A DNA stretch of 64,000 nucleotides from a virus, in IMG/VR virus record IMGVR_UViG_3300043497_000005; one strand, 5' to 3'. This document shows, piece by piece, positions 44,322 to 54,693 of the stretch (positions within the stretch are counted from its first letter, which is position 1; each line of letters opens with the position of its first letter). Under the pieces are notes generated by a model. That model was not told the origin of the DNA, made no database searches, and was given only the letters and a program-made list of their open reading frames with translations. The position numbers were made by a program, and so were the translations under genes.

Positions 44322-45884
44322 CTAAGCCATTGCATCAGGATTCTCGGCAGCGTCTTCGCTAAGCAGGCGCTGCACGTCGAGCAGCATTTCGTTGGCCTCG
44401 CGCTTCAGTTCGACCTCTTGGCGGTTGATCGGCCCCCAGTGCTGGCGCAGATAGCGCAGACCGACGCCGGTCACGAAGGCATGAAACGCCGGGGAGAACT
44501 TCGACAGGAATTGAAACTTGGCACCGTCGCCGCTGCCGTAGTTGCCGAGATCGTCCTTGTCGAGCTTCACGCCCTCTTGGAACGTCGGCAGGAATCCATT
44601 CGGGTTGGCCCAGTATTCCTGCAGCAACGGCGGGATCGATGAGGAGCACGAGCGGATATTCCACGAGGTCTGGTACAGCGACGCCTCGGCGGTGTCTGCG
44701 CTGACGTTCTCCGCGCTCATGTCGCGGCCCTCGCAGTAGCGCCCGGAGCTTTCGCGCGCGCCGAGCCCGAGCATCAGCACGAACAGATGGCGCAGCGTGT
44801 CGATGCCGTCGACGCTGTTGTCCATTCCGAGCGCGGCAAACTCGTCGCGATACCACGTCAGCGCATCCTTCTCCGACAGGTTGCGATCCGCCTGCGCCGC
44901 CGTCGTTGCTATCGGATGACCCTGCATCAGCCGCGTCGCCGCCAGCCCGAAGCATTGCGCGATGCCAGCGGTGTAGCCGAGCGGCAGCTTGCCGCGATCA
45001 CGCCATTTGTAATTGGCGATGGCGGAATGCTTTGCGATATCTGCGATCCTGCGCGCCTGATCCGCTGGCATACGGTCATTGCCCGACGCCTTGGCGTTCT
45101 CCAGATAATCCAGCGCAGCCCACGTCTTTGGGCCGATGATGCCGTCTGACGTCACACCCTCGCCATAAGCCGATTGATAACCGCGCACTGCTGCATCGGT
45201 CACGGGGCCGAAATCGCCGTCCGCTGGAAAGACGCCGAGCAATGTCTGCACGTACACAACATGGTCGCCACTGTCGCCGAGGCCTATCGTTGGCCGTCCC
45301 GGTTCTTCCTCCGGTATGAGAGGAGGTTCGATCTCTTCGACCTCGTCGGGCGGTGGCTCTGCCGATATCTTCTTGCCGGTGAGCGCAGACGCCAGTGCGA
45401 CGCACACGTCATCGAAGTATTCCTGATAGGCGTCGGCATCGGCGGAGCTATCGACAAACACCACCTCGACCAGCACAGATGCTTCCGCCGTCGAGTTCAG
45501 GAAGAACAGGTTGTCGCGATACTTCGGCCCGCGATTTGGCAGGCCTGTCGCCTTGGCGATTCCATCCGCGACCTTTTTCGCGAGGTCCTTCTGTGTCAGG
45601 TACAGACACTCGGTCCCCATCTCGGCGCTGGTGGTTTGATAGGCGTTGAAGTGCACACTGACATCGAGCGTTCGCTTTTGCGCGTTGTGCCAGTTGACGA
45701 TGCGGTTCAGGTTCTCGTTCTGCGAATGGCTCCAATCGTCGTGATATGTCATCGCGTCGACGCCAGCGGCGCGCAACAGCCGCGCGGTTTCGTCAACGAC
45801 ATCGCGCGCGCAATTCACTTCGTCCAGATAGCCTGATGCGCCGCGCACATACTTGCCGTGTCCGGACGAAATGCAGATCGTCAT
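44322..45884 (-). CDS. Endolysin: amidase_3 + PG-binding + putative lysozyme-like domain
   Basis: ISSGHG, SVHFNA, LVEVVFVD; DGDFGPVT...DGIIGPKTW; RESSG...SLYQ; start MTICISS at 45884. Confidence 0.85.
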   Translation of the reverse strand: MTICISSGHGKYVRGASGYLDEVNCARDVVDETARLLRAAGVDAMTYHDDWSHSQNENLNRIVNWHNAQKRTLDVSVHFNAYQTTSAEMGTECLYLTQKDLAKKVADGIAKATGLPNRGPKYRDNLFFLNSTAEASVLVEVVFVDSSADADAYQEYFDDVCVALASALTGKKISAEPPPDEVEEIEPPLIPEEEPGRPTIGLGDSGDHVVYVQTLLGVFPADGDFGPVTDAAVRGYQSAYGEGVTSDGIIGPKTWAALDYLENAKASGNDRMPADQARRIADIAKHSAIANYKWRDRGKLPLGYTAGIAQCFGLAATRLMQGHPIATTAAQADRNLSEKDALTWYRDEFAALGMDNSVDGIDTLRHLFVLMLGLGARESSGRYCEGRDMSAENVSADTAEASLYQTSWNIRSCSSSIPPLLQEYWANPNGFLPTFQEGVKLDKDDLGNYGSGDGAKFQFLSKFSPAFHAFVTGVGLRYLRQHWGPINRQEVELKREANEMLLDVQRLLSEDAAENPDAMA

Positions 45885-45895
45885 TGGGGTTTTCC

Positions 45896-47506
45896 TTATC
45901 TGGAGATCGGCGGCCTGACCGCCTCTTGTGCTCGCTGGATGCGCTGCAATTCCTCCGCCGTCCACGTCTGCGTTCCGGAGATCGGCGGGGTTACCCTGCC
46001 GCCGGGATCGCCCGGTGTCGGCGACCACGATTCACCCGGAGAACCTTCGCCCGGCGTGAACGACGGCGTCAGTTCGTTCGGATCGTCTTCCGGAGACCAC
46101 GATTCTTCCGGAGGTGTCCCGGGTGGGAACGCTGGCGTTAGCTCGTTCGGGTCATCTTCAGGCGACCACGACTCGCCTTCCTCGGGCGGCGCTGGCGGGC
46201 CTTCCATTTCCGGCGGAGCGACACGACCCGGTCCCGGGTCCTGTTTCCACTTCATGCCAGCGTCGGTGCCGCTCGGGTTCTCAACCTGACAGCGCGTGGT
46301 GTAGCCGACACCGCGCGTGTAATTGTGCTCGGCTTCCTTGATCCGATAGGTGCCGTCGACGCCCGGGCGTGCGCCGTCGATCACGACATAGCCACCGGCC
46401 TTTGCTGTCGGTTCGCCATTGAGCAACACCCAACCGGTGCCGCGCCTGCCTTGGACGTCGGCACCGGCACCTTGGTTGGTTTGCTCGCCCGTGGCTTTGT
46501 CGGCCACCGAGTTGACGGCATGCGCAACCGCATTGGTGCCGCCGAACGGCGTGACCGCGCTGATCTGGCTCTTGATGTCTTCCCATCCGCCTTTGAACAC
46601 GTCGAAGAATTTCGATTGCGCCTCGCCATATTGCGGACGCCCGATGTACGGCTTGATGCGCCAGCCGATCAGGTTGATGCCCCAGATCGCCTCGATGGTT
46701 GGCATCGGCGATCCATCGGCGGCGGTGGATTCCCCGGCGCTGACCAGCACCGCCTTGTTCTTCATGATCTTGAAAAACCCGCCGGTCTCGCGCGCGATGC
46801 GTTCTCCGAAGTTCATCGGGCTGTCATTGATGCGCCAATAGTCGCGCGAAATCTTTTCCATCGCAGGCGACATCACGACCTGCAGCCCGGCAGCGCCGAA
46901 CACCTTGGTCATCATGTCCTTGAGCGGAATCTTGCCACCACCACCGCCGCCTGCGGTCGCAGCGTCACCCGTGCCGCCGTCCCCACCGGCACCGCCAGCG
47001 ACACCGCCCTCGCCGCCAGCGCTGTCGTCCTCCTTGCCAGCGCCCAAGAAATCGCTTTGCACTTCCTTGTTGAGACCCTTGTCGTTGTGGCCCTTGCCCT
47101 CGATCCACAACCGACGACCGCCGCCGCGACGACCGAACCCGGACTCGCAGTTCTCGACCCAGCCATCGAACACGATCTCAAGACCGGGGCCGCCGAACTT
47201 GGCTTCGCCCATCGGTGCCGTTTGAATTATGCCCTGCCCGCCTGCGGCGCTCTCCCTGCCGTAATCGGTCAGGCGCGGACCCTCACCTTTCCAGCCGAGG
47301 CAGACCTGTAGCTCCGCGCCGTCGGGCGGAATCTGAAGCTCGGCGTTGCGATCATCAAGCTCGATGTTGCACTCGTCAGAACCGCCACCGAGCTTGTCGA
47401 TCACCTGCACCGAGATCAGATACGGAAACAGCCGGGACGAGATGTCCTTTCCGTGCACCAGTATTTGACACCATGCGTGCCGACGCGGCCCCTGATGCTC
47501 GACCAT
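45896..47506 (-). CDS. Late control/tail protein D (P2 gpD-like)
   Basis: DECNIELDDRN, QVCLGW, G.Y.I....H.Y.RG.GYTT; position in the tail operon. Confidence 0.8.
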   Translation of the reverse strand: MVEHQGPRRHAWCQILVHGKDISSRLFPYLISVQVIDKLGGGSDECNIELDDRNAELQIPPDGAELQVCLGWKGEGPRLTDYGRESAAGGQGIIQTAPMGEAKFGGPGLEIVFDGWVENCESGFGRRGGGRRLWIEGKGHNDKGLNKEVQSDFLGAGKEDDSAGGEGGVAGGAGGDGGTGDAATAGGGGGGKIPLKDMMTKVFGAAGLQVVMSPAMEKISRDYWRINDSPMNFGERIARETGGFFKIMKNKAVLVSAGESTAADGSPMPTIEAIWGINLIGWRIKPYIGRPQYGEAQSKFFDVFKGGWEDIKSQISAVTPFGGTNAVAHAVNSVADKATGEQTNQGAGADVQGRRGTGWVLLNGEPTAKAGGYVVIDGARPGVDGTYRIKEAEHNYTRGVGYTTRCQVENPSGTDAGMKWKQDPGPGRVAPPEMEGPPAPPEEGESWSPEDDPNELTPAFPPGTPPEESWSPEDDPNELTPSFTPGEGSPGESWSPTPGDPGGRVTPPISGTQTWTAEELQRIQRAQEAVRPPISR

Positions 47507-47507
47507 G

Positions 47508-47819
47508 TCACATCCCTGCCGGTGCGGTGCCCTGCGATCCGAATTGCGTCATGTTGTCCTCCGGCGTCTTGCCCCACAGCACCACGGTGTTCTTGCGTTG
47601 CGGGATGCCGCTTAGAACATCGTAATCAATCGGGATGCGCACCTGCGTGCCCACGGGAAGGAACGGCGAGTAGCGATGGCACTTCGCCAGATGCGGGTTG
47701 TCGTCCAGCATACGCTCCAGCATCATCGGCGCGCGGTTGCGATAGCGCCGCCACAGGATCAGGTCGACGGTGATGTAATCCGAGCCGACGGTGACAAGGT
47801 CGTAAGATGAGACGCTCAT
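47508..47819 (-). CDS. Tail protein X
   Basis: TVDLILWRRY...LDDNPHLA...LPVGTQVRIP. Confidence 0.85.
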   Translation of the reverse strand: MSVSSYDLVTVGSDYITVDLILWRRYRNRAPMMLERMLDDNPHLAKCHRYSPFLPVGTQVRIPIDYDVLSGIPQRKNTVVLWGKTPEDNMTQFGSQGTAPAGM

Positions 47820-48397
47820 GCTCCAATGGCTCCCGAACTGTAAAGCTGGGCGATGTTGCTGGCTCCGTCGTTCGGGATCGGCACACGCTGGAAGCTCGCC
47901 TCGAACTCGATCATCTGTCCGATGCCGTCATAGCCGAGGAACGTGTGGCCACGGCTCAGCGTCTCGATGATGTACCAACCGAAGTGCCAGCCATCGCCCC
48001 TGATCAGGATGTGCGCCTGACCCAGCCGTCGCATGTTGTCGAGCACGTCGAGATGGGTCAGGCCGCCGGATGATGCGCCGCCGCCGAGATGCTCGCGCAG
48101 CACGTCGTCAGCGGCGCGCGATGCTTCCGGCCCCTGTATCGGATGCGTGATGTTGCGAGGCAGCCCGCTGTTGGGATCGCTGGAGTTGCGCGATTTGCCA
48201 GCAAAGAAATGCGGGAAGACCTTGCCCTTCAGCGAGATGTGCTCGTCGGCCTCACCAACCCACTCACGATACATCGCAGCGCCAGCGATTTCCTTCTTGG
48301 CCCAATCCGCGCCGGTCTGGTGCGCGAAGTTCTCGACGTTCATCGGAAAGACCTGAAATTGAATCGGTCCCCACTGAAACATAACCCAGTTGGCCAT
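47816..48397 (-). CDS. Tail protein U-like (P2 gpU)
   Basis: WGPIQF, ISLKG, GDGWHFGWYIIETL. Confidence 0.8.
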   Translation of the reverse strand: MANWVMFQWGPIQFQVFPMNVENFAHQTGADWAKKEIAGAAMYREWVGEADEHISLKGKVFPHFFAGKSRNSSDPNSGLPRNITHPIQGPEASRAADDVLREHLGGGASSGGLTHLDVLDNMRRLGQAHILIRGDGWHFGWYIIETLSRGHTFLGYDGIGQMIEFEASFQRVPIPNDGASNIAQLYSSGAIGA

Positions 48398-51300
48398 TAT
48401 GCCGCTCCGATGTCGGAATAAGAACTCCAGCGTGCCTCGCGCACTTCGCGGTCCGCCTGTCTGCGCATCGACGCGCGCGCGAACTGCACCTCGTTGTCGT
48501 TGACCCTCATGTTGAGGTTGACCCGTTGATCGCGCGTGACCGGCGTGTCGTCGGTTGGCTGCACGGGCGGCATCTCCGCCGTCGGCGCTGTCGGTGCTGC
48601 CTTGTTGTTTCTGGCTTCGCGCTCCGCTCTCATTTGATCTGGCGTCAACCGGTTATCGAGACCGCGCTGCACCGCCGCTCTCTCTTCAGCCGTTCCTGCA
48701 TAGGCACCGAGACCTTCACCAACGATGGCGCGGTTGCCCGTGATGCCCATGTGGATTTTAGCCGGATCGCTCATGTAGCGCGCGCCAGTACCACCAGCGC
48801 CGCGTCGCGCCGCTTCCTCGATCACCTTGAGACGACGCGGATCATTCAGCCCCAGCACCTTGCCGGTCTTCGGATCGACAATGTCAACATCGGCGGCGCG
48901 GCCTTTATCGTGACGATGCGACCCGGTGTGACCGTGCGCTCCCTCCATGCGTTGACCGCCAGAGGTGACGCGAATCTTGACGCCAGAGGCTTCAGCTGCG
49001 CCCTCCAGCGCATCTCTCAGTTGCGGATCGAGCTTACCCTTGCGAATACCGGCAACACGCCCCTGTGCTTCTTCGACTAAGTTGCCGCCACCGCCTTCCA
49101 ACTGCGTGGTCGTCTCAGCCGGTGCCGCCGTTGCTCCTCCGTCAGCTACCCTGCCGCGCTCCGCACCGACGCCACGGTTGCCGCCGATGCCAGCGAAGTT
49201 GCCGATGCCGGTGTTGCGCGCGCCGTACCACGATCCCCAGCCATGCTTGCTGGCGTGCTTGAGCGCAAAGTCGATGGTGTCCTTTTCGTTGGCCGGATCG
49301 CGCGGGTCTTTGCCGGTCGCCTTCTGATAGGCGTTGCCGAGGCCGCCGCCCATGTAGAGTTGGAAGGCACCCCAGCTATCCTCGCGCCCGTTGTAGCTGC
49401 CCTTGCCTGTTCGCTTCACAGACGACTGAAACGTGCCGAGCCCTTCCGACTTCGCGACCGCCACCGCCGTGTCTGGATCGATGTTGTATTTTTTCGCCGT
49501 CTCACGGATGTGCTGCTCCATGCCGCGCGGATCGCCGCCCTTGCCAACGCGGCCACGCGCAGCACCGACGCCGGGTGTGCCGCCGCCGCCACCTCCGCCA
49601 CCTTCGATCTTGCTGCCGCCACCGCCGCCATACGATGAGCCGCCACCGTAGCCAGCCGCAGGACCAGCGCGCTCGAATGGACCGCCGCCCCCTCCGCCAC
49701 CGCCACCACCTCCGCCACCATAGCCGCCGCCGGAGCCACGGAAATTCGCTGGCAAGAACTTGGAATCAGAACTGCCGCCATACATGGCGTTCTGGTAGCC
49801 ACCGCCCGGCAGAGCACCGCGACCAATGCCGATGCCGGGTCCGCCCTCACCGCGTATGCCGCCACTGCCGGGAGTGCCGCGCTGCTTCAGGTCTTCGCGG
49901 CTGTAGCCGTAGGCCTTTGAAGCAACCCACGCCGCTGCATCCTTCGCGCTACTGGAGAACGACGAGCGCTGGTACAGGTTCTGGTTCGGTCCGGGCGGCG
50001 ACGGCGGCGTGGTCAGCTTCTTCTCAAGCTCCTCCTGTCGCCGCTTATGCTCTTCAAGCTCGAACTGTCCGCTCACGCCGGGTGCGGCTTCGTTGGAGAA
50101 GTGCGGTATCCGCAGCCCGTGCGGACCGACGAGGCTGAAGTTCGGTGCCTCGCCCTTGAAGCCGCCAGTGATATATTTCACCCAACTGCCAACGTATTTG
50201 AGCGTCTCGCCGAGCCCCTTCAGCTTTGCGGTAAAGATGATGATGGCTTCAGGCGCGCCGATGTTGACCAGAAATTCGCCGAACGTCTTCGACAATTCCT
50301 TGAGATTCACCATCAGGCCCTCGATGCCACCGGACGCGGTCTTGTCGATGGCGATGCCATCCTTGACAGCACGGCTTTGCTCGGCAGCTTCCTTCAGCAA
50401 TCTGATGCGCTCGCCGATCAAGCCGTTGTTGTCGGCTTCCATGATCTTGCGCAGGAACAGCGCCTCTCTGGCGTCGATCTTTTCAAGCCTGCGATAGGCA
50501 GCTTCCTTGTCGCGCACCTTTCTGAAATTATCGATCACGAACGCGGTGACGTCGCCGCCGCGCTTCTTGATGTTTTCGATCTGCTCCTGCCACTGGCTTT
50601 CCGGCATGCCGAACACGTCGCCGACCCTACCGGAGGTGAGGCTCTGCATCGTGTTCTTCAACAGCACTGCGCCCTTTGAGGTGTCGCCCATCTGATCGGT
50701 GGCGATCTCAAGCAGCGCTCCCATCCGCGCCAGACCGTTCTCTCCGCCGTAGCCGATCTGCTTGGCCACCTCGGCTAGCTCCGAGCCGTTGGCGATCAGG
50801 TCCTTGATGTCGAGGTTGCCGCTGCGCGTTAGCTCGCCGATCATCTCCATCGTGCGCGCGAACTCGCTCGCGGGGATGTTGAGGTTGCGCATCAGATCGG
50901 AGGTGAGCTTGGCAAGGTTGCCGGGATCGACGTCCATGCCCTTGGCGACCATGTTGAGCCTTGGTGCCAGATCGGCGGCTTCTTTCGCCGTGATCTTCAG
51001 GCCGTTGCGCAGCCGCTCCATTCCCTCATAGGTCTTGTCCCAATCGGTCGACGTCGCTCTCGCCGTCTCGGTGAGCCTGTCCTTGACCTCGCCGATGGCA
51101 GCCGCCGTCATCCGGGTCCTGTTCTGCAACAGCGCCATCTTCTTTTCGGTGTCGGCGAAATTGAGGTAGGCGCGGCGCGCGAGATCGGCAGCGGTAGCGA
51201 CGCTGGCGTAGCGCGTCACCATCGATTGAAGCTCGTCGCCTAGCTCTCGAACAAGCGAGGTCTGCCGCTTCTTCGCGATAGCGTCCTTTGCCGCTGCATC

Positions 51301-51606
51301 CTGAGAGACCTTGGCTGCGGCGGCCTCGGCATCGGCCCGTTTCTTGGCGGCGGCTGCGCTCTCGGCGTTGAACTGGATGTGGTTTTGCAGGAGCCTGAGA
51401 TAGCCTTCCTGTCCGCTCTTCGTTTCTCTGGTGCGCACCTGCAGCGCGCGCATCGCTGTGTCACTGACCTTGCCGCTCTTCTCGATGGCGGCGATCAGCT
51501 TTTGCGTTTCGGTGGTCAGGTCGCGCGTGTTCTTCTGCGCCGACTTGAACGCAGCCGCAGTTTTGTCTTCGCCGGTTAATGTGATCTTGGAGGTGTTGTC
51601 GACCAT
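48397..51606 (-). CDS. Tape measure protein with C-terminal lysozyme-like and peptidase M15-like domains
   Basis: Long helical N-region, Gly-rich linker, AKSEG...SWGAFQL, SHRHDKGRAAD. Confidence 0.85.
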   Translation of the reverse strand: MVDNTSKITLTGEDKTAAAFKSAQKNTRDLTTETQKLIAAIEKSGKVSDTAMRALQVRTRETKSGQEGYLRLLQNHIQFNAESAAAAKKRADAEAAAAKVSQDAAAKDAIAKKRQTSLVRELGDELQSMVTRYASVATAADLARRAYLNFADTEKKMALLQNRTRMTAAAIGEVKDRLTETARATSTDWDKTYEGMERLRNGLKITAKEAADLAPRLNMVAKGMDVDPGNLAKLTSDLMRNLNIPASEFARTMEMIGELTRSGNLDIKDLIANGSELAEVAKQIGYGGENGLARMGALLEIATDQMGDTSKGAVLLKNTMQSLTSGRVGDVFGMPESQWQEQIENIKKRGGDVTAFVIDNFRKVRDKEAAYRRLEKIDAREALFLRKIMEADNNGLIGERIRLLKEAAEQSRAVKDGIAIDKTASGGIEGLMVNLKELSKTFGEFLVNIGAPEAIIIFTAKLKGLGETLKYVGSWVKYITGGFKGEAPNFSLVGPHGLRIPHFSNEAAPGVSGQFELEEHKRRQEELEKKLTTPPSPPGPNQNLYQRSSFSSSAKDAAAWVASKAYGYSREDLKQRGTPGSGGIRGEGGPGIGIGRGALPGGGYQNAMYGGSSDSKFLPANFRGSGGGYGGGGGGGGGGGGGPFERAGPAAGYGGGSSYGGGGGSKIEGGGGGGGGTPGVGAARGRVGKGGDPRGMEQHIRETAKKYNIDPDTAVAVAKSEGLGTFQSSVKRTGKGSYNGREDSWGAFQLYMGGGLGNAYQKATGKDPRDPANEKDTIDFALKHASKHGWGSWYGARNTGIGNFAGIGGNRGVGAERGRVADGGATAAPAETTTQLEGGGGNLVEEAQGRVAGIRKGKLDPQLRDALEGAAEASGVKIRVTSGGQRMEGAHGHTGSHRHDKGRAADVDIVDPKTGKVLGLNDPRRLKVIEEAARRGAGGTGARYMSDPAKIHMGITGNRAIVGEGLGAYAGTAEERAAVQRGLDNRLTPDQMRAEREARNNKAAPTAPTAEMPPVQPTDDTPVTRDQRVNLNMRVNDNEVQFARASMRRQADREVREARWSSYSDIGAA

Positions 51607-51615
51607 GTCGGCCCT

Positions 51616-52044
51616 TTACGGTTCTTCGCTCATATCGAAGCCCGGCTGCGTGTCGAACTGCGGCGGCAACGGAATGCCCGGCGCGGTCTGTGCAATGCCG
51701 CTGCCATTGGTGGCGCGCGGCGCTTCCTCCTCCTCATAGGTCTCCTGCTTCATCGGGATGCGACCGTTGGTGAGGTCGTCGCGTATCTCCGGCGTCAGCA
51801 TGCCCATGAACGCTTCCATCACCCGGTCAGCGTCCGGATAACGTAGCTCGCGAATGATCGCTTCCTCGACGCCAGCAAGCTCGACCAGAAGCTCGACCAT
51901 GCTTTTCCACGCGCCTTCGCTCCAGCGCAGCGCGTGGCCGAACCGAAGCGGAGCGAGCGTGATGCTCTCGATCCGCTTCTTGTTGTGCTCGAACGGAACG
52001 AAAAGCTCGATGGTGCGTCCGCCGGTTGCGTGGTGGGTGATCAT
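51616..52044 (-). CDS. Tail assembly chaperone
   Basis: Lies between tube and tape measure genes; ITLAP...LAGV...LRYPDADRV. Confidence 0.7.
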   Translation of the reverse strand: MITHHATGGRTIELFVPFEHNKKRIESITLAPLRFGHALRWSEGAWKSMVELLVELAGVEEAIIRELRYPDADRVMEAFMGMLTPEIRDDLTNGRIPMKQETYEEEEAPRATNGSGIAQTAPGIPLPPQFDTQPGFDMSEEP

Positions 52045-52202
52045 CTGTGGACCCAAATGGTGATGACAGGTTCACCCTTATCGACCCTTTGATCCACGAA
52101 CTCAACGTTAGCCACGGGACCGGCACCATCGGTGTCGGCCACCACTACACGCTTTTTTTCATCATGGCGCTGTAGCCACGAGATCAGTTCACCGACGGTC
52201 AC
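52041..52202 (-). CDS. Small hypothetical protein (not in ORF track)
   Basis: Read by hand: MTVGELISWLQRHDEKKRVVV...; GTGA/ATGA overlaps at both ends. Confidence 0.55.
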   Translation of the reverse strand: MTVGELISWLQRHDEKKRVVVADTDGAGPVANVEFVDQRVDKGEPVITIWVHR

Positions 52203-52813
52203 GCGTTAAACCCGCCGCCTACCGCCGGGCCTTCGGTGTCGACGGCGTTGCCCGGAATAGCCAGCATCGTGATCATGTCACGGTTGGTTTCCTTGCCACC
52301 GATACGTCGGCTCGAAGTGAAGAAATCCCAGTTGTAGATTTCATCCAACTGGCCGTTCTCGGACAGTTGCATGTAAAGCTGGTACGACACGATGCTCTTG
52401 ATGGAGTATTCGTGCGCCATCAGGTTGCCCATCGAGAACGCCGTCGGGTTCACGCGACCGAGACGGCCCTCCATGATCGCCATTGCCTGCAGCGCCTTGC
52501 TGGTGCGCCGGTCACGGATCAGGCCGTAGGCGGTGAAGCGCTGATAGTAGGGATCGTTCTGGCCGATGTAGGCCATCAACGCCGGGTCCCAGCCTGCGAG
52601 GTTGAAGGTGGATTCCAGCTTGTTCATGTGCGTTGGAATCTCGATGGCGATGGATGCGCCGCCGGGAGCGTGGTCGACGTAGTTCTCTTCCAGCCCGGGC
52701 AGCTTCAATTCCTGCAGCACCAGATGGGTCGAGATGCCGGGAGCGCTTGAGCCGCGAGTGTCACCGCAGATCAGGTTGGCGCTTTCCATGACGTAGATCG
52801 TTGCGTTGGCCAT
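52199..52813 (-). CDS. Major tail tube protein (P2 FII-like)
   Basis: LKLPGL, MNKLESTFNLAGWD, GRLGRV; follows the sheath gene. Confidence 0.85.
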   Translation of the reverse strand: MANATIYVMESANLICGDTRGSSAPGISTHLVLQELKLPGLEENYVDHAPGGASIAIEIPTHMNKLESTFNLAGWDPALMAYIGQNDPYYQRFTAYGLIRDRRTSKALQAMAIMEGRLGRVNPTAFSMGNLMAHEYSIKSIVSYQLYMQLSENGQLDEIYNWDFFTSSRRIGGKETNRDMITMLAIPGNAVDTEGPAVGGGFNA

Positions 52814-52929
52814 AGGTTCTTCCTTTTCGGTTTCCGGAAAAAAGTTGGCGGACGGGCGCTTGCAGTCGCCCCTACAGTTTGAAGCACGTCAGTTCGTGCT
52901 GTCCGCCGCCACCCGCCTTCGCGAGCGGG

Positions 52930-54693
52930 TTACGAGGATGCGAGGTTCAGTTGCGTGGCGAGATCGGCCACCATTGCATCGATAGCCTCGCGATAGCGCG
53001 AGGATTCGATGGTGATGTGCTTGAGGACCGGCGGCTCTTCTGCCTTGAAGCCGACGGTGAGATGGCCGAGCCTGATCTGTTCAGGCGAGTTGCCCTCGGT
53101 CCGGAAGTTGACCTGATAGCCGAGGATGTGCTGATCGGCCTGCAGGTCGCGCAGGAAGAACCTCATGGTGTTGAGGATCGCCTGCACGGTGTGGCCGATG
53201 ATGTTGTACCGGCCAAGGAAGTATCGCAGCGAGCGCAGCATGCCGAGGTGGATGTAGTCGCGTCCACGCATGACGTTGTACATCTGCCAGAGCGGGTCTT
53301 CGCCTGCATTGTCGGTCGAGATCAGCACGAAGCCGCCCGACGCGATGGCGAAGTCGTCGCCGACCTCGCCACGGATCAGCGCGCCGATGTTCGCAGCAAA
53401 CAATTCCTGCGCCTCGTTCGCACTGTCGGTGAGGTTGAAACCGATCTCTCGGTTCGGAGAGATGATGCCTTGCACCGCTTGGTTAGCCGCCGAATGGAAC
53501 GGCGCGCCGGTCTCGTGGTCGCGCCGCACCATGATGCCCGCCATGCGCGATGCCAGCGGACGGATTACGATGTAGGACGTCACCGGGTCCATCACACGGC
53601 AACCGCCGGAGAGCGGGATCAGGCGATGGCTCTGCATGGTCTCGCGCCAATCGAGATCGTTCTGCAGCGAAGAGCCCGACGATTCCACGATCATGTGCGC
53701 GAGAAGCTGGTTGCAGATCGAGGTCGCGCCAGCAACCACCGGGTTGGCACCGGAGACGATGGTCGCTGTGTAGGTCGCAAGCTCGCCGGTCTCTTCCCAT
53801 GTGATGATGAAGGCGGCACCCGTGCCGCTGCCGCTGGTAGCGGTGACATCCAACGGTGCCGTTGGCGGCGTCGTGGTGCCGACGACAAAGCCCGGGTTGG
53901 CCACCGTGGTGGTCAGCACCTCGCCGCCAGCGCCGACGGTGGCGACGACGAGGATGATCTGGTTCGGCAGGATCAATTGCTCGCCGACGCCGTAGCCGAT
54001 GCCGCCAGAATCCACCGCTGCCGACGCCGCCTGATTGCCCGGAGGAGGTGCCACGATGGTGGGCGGCGTGTCGTACCATGCGCCCGGCATCTCAAGCTGG
54101 ACCGCACCAAGCTGGCCATTGGACAGGCCGAAGGCATGCCCCTGCGCCTGCACCGCGTTCGGTCCGCCGCCGGAGAACGTCAGCGGATACATGTGATCAG
54201 TGAGGTAACCCTCGCCCGGCGCGGTGCGCTCGATGGCACCGACGCCGTTCGCCATCTGCGATGTATAGCCCGGCGCGATCAGGATGCGCGGCGTGAAGCC
54301 GAGCTTCTGTGACGACTTCAGGAACGCCCACATCCCGGTCCCGGTCAGGCTGTCGCCAGCGATCTTCGAGATCGTTTGCTGCATCTTGATCGAGGGATCG
54401 GGATCGATGCCTTCCGGCGTGCGGACGATAACGATGCGCGCGGCGAATTGCGTCTCGCCAAGCTGATCGTTGACGCCGCGAACCGCGTCGGACAGATAAC
54501 CCAACTCGCCGAGCTTGCGCGTCTTGTTGGTGTCGTTCGAGTTCAGGAAGATCGGCGTATCGTACGGAAACAGCGCCGCGTCCGCGAGCGGTGCCGGGCC
54601 GATGATTCCAATGGTCGAAAGGTCAGCGCCCAATACCGGACGCGCGCCTTCATCGACTTTGCGGATGCTAATGCCGAATACTGGGTCAGCCAT
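52930..54693 (-). CDS. Contractile tail sheath protein
   Basis: P2 FI-like: PRILIAPGY, SAANQAVQGI, EQIRLGHL...EEPPVLKHI. Confidence 0.9.
   Translation of the reverse strand: MADPVFGISIRKVDEGARPVLGADLSTIGIIGPAPLADAALFPYDTPIFLNSNDTNKTRKLGELGYLSDAVRGVNDQLGETQFAARIVIVRTPEGIDPDPSIKMQQTISKIAGDSLTGTGMWAFLKSSQKLGFTPRILIAPGYTSQMANGVGAIERTAPGEGYLTDHMYPLTFSGGGPNAVQAQGHAFGLSNGQLGAVQLEMPGAWYDTPPTIVAPPPGNQAASAAVDSGGIGYGVGEQLILPNQIILVVATVGAGGEVLTTTVANPGFVVGTTTPPTAPLDVTATSGSGTGAAFIITWEETGELATYTATIVSGANPVVAGATSICNQLLAHMIVESSGSSLQNDLDWRETMQSHRLIPLSGGCRVMDPVTSYIVIRPLASRMAGIMVRRDHETGAPFHSAANQAVQGIISPNREIGFNLTDSANEAQELFAANIGALIRGEVGDDFAIASGGFVLISTDNAGEDPLWQMYNVMRGRDYIHLGMLRSLRYFLGRYNIIGHTVQAILNTMRFFLRDLQADQHILGYQVNFRTEGNSPEQIRLGHLTVGFKAEEPPVLKHITIESSRYREAIDAMVADLATQLNLASS

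Noticed and set aside
51560-51700. Programmed frameshift between tail chaperone and tape measure
   Set aside because: No convincing slippery heptamer or separate downstream ORF seen by eye.
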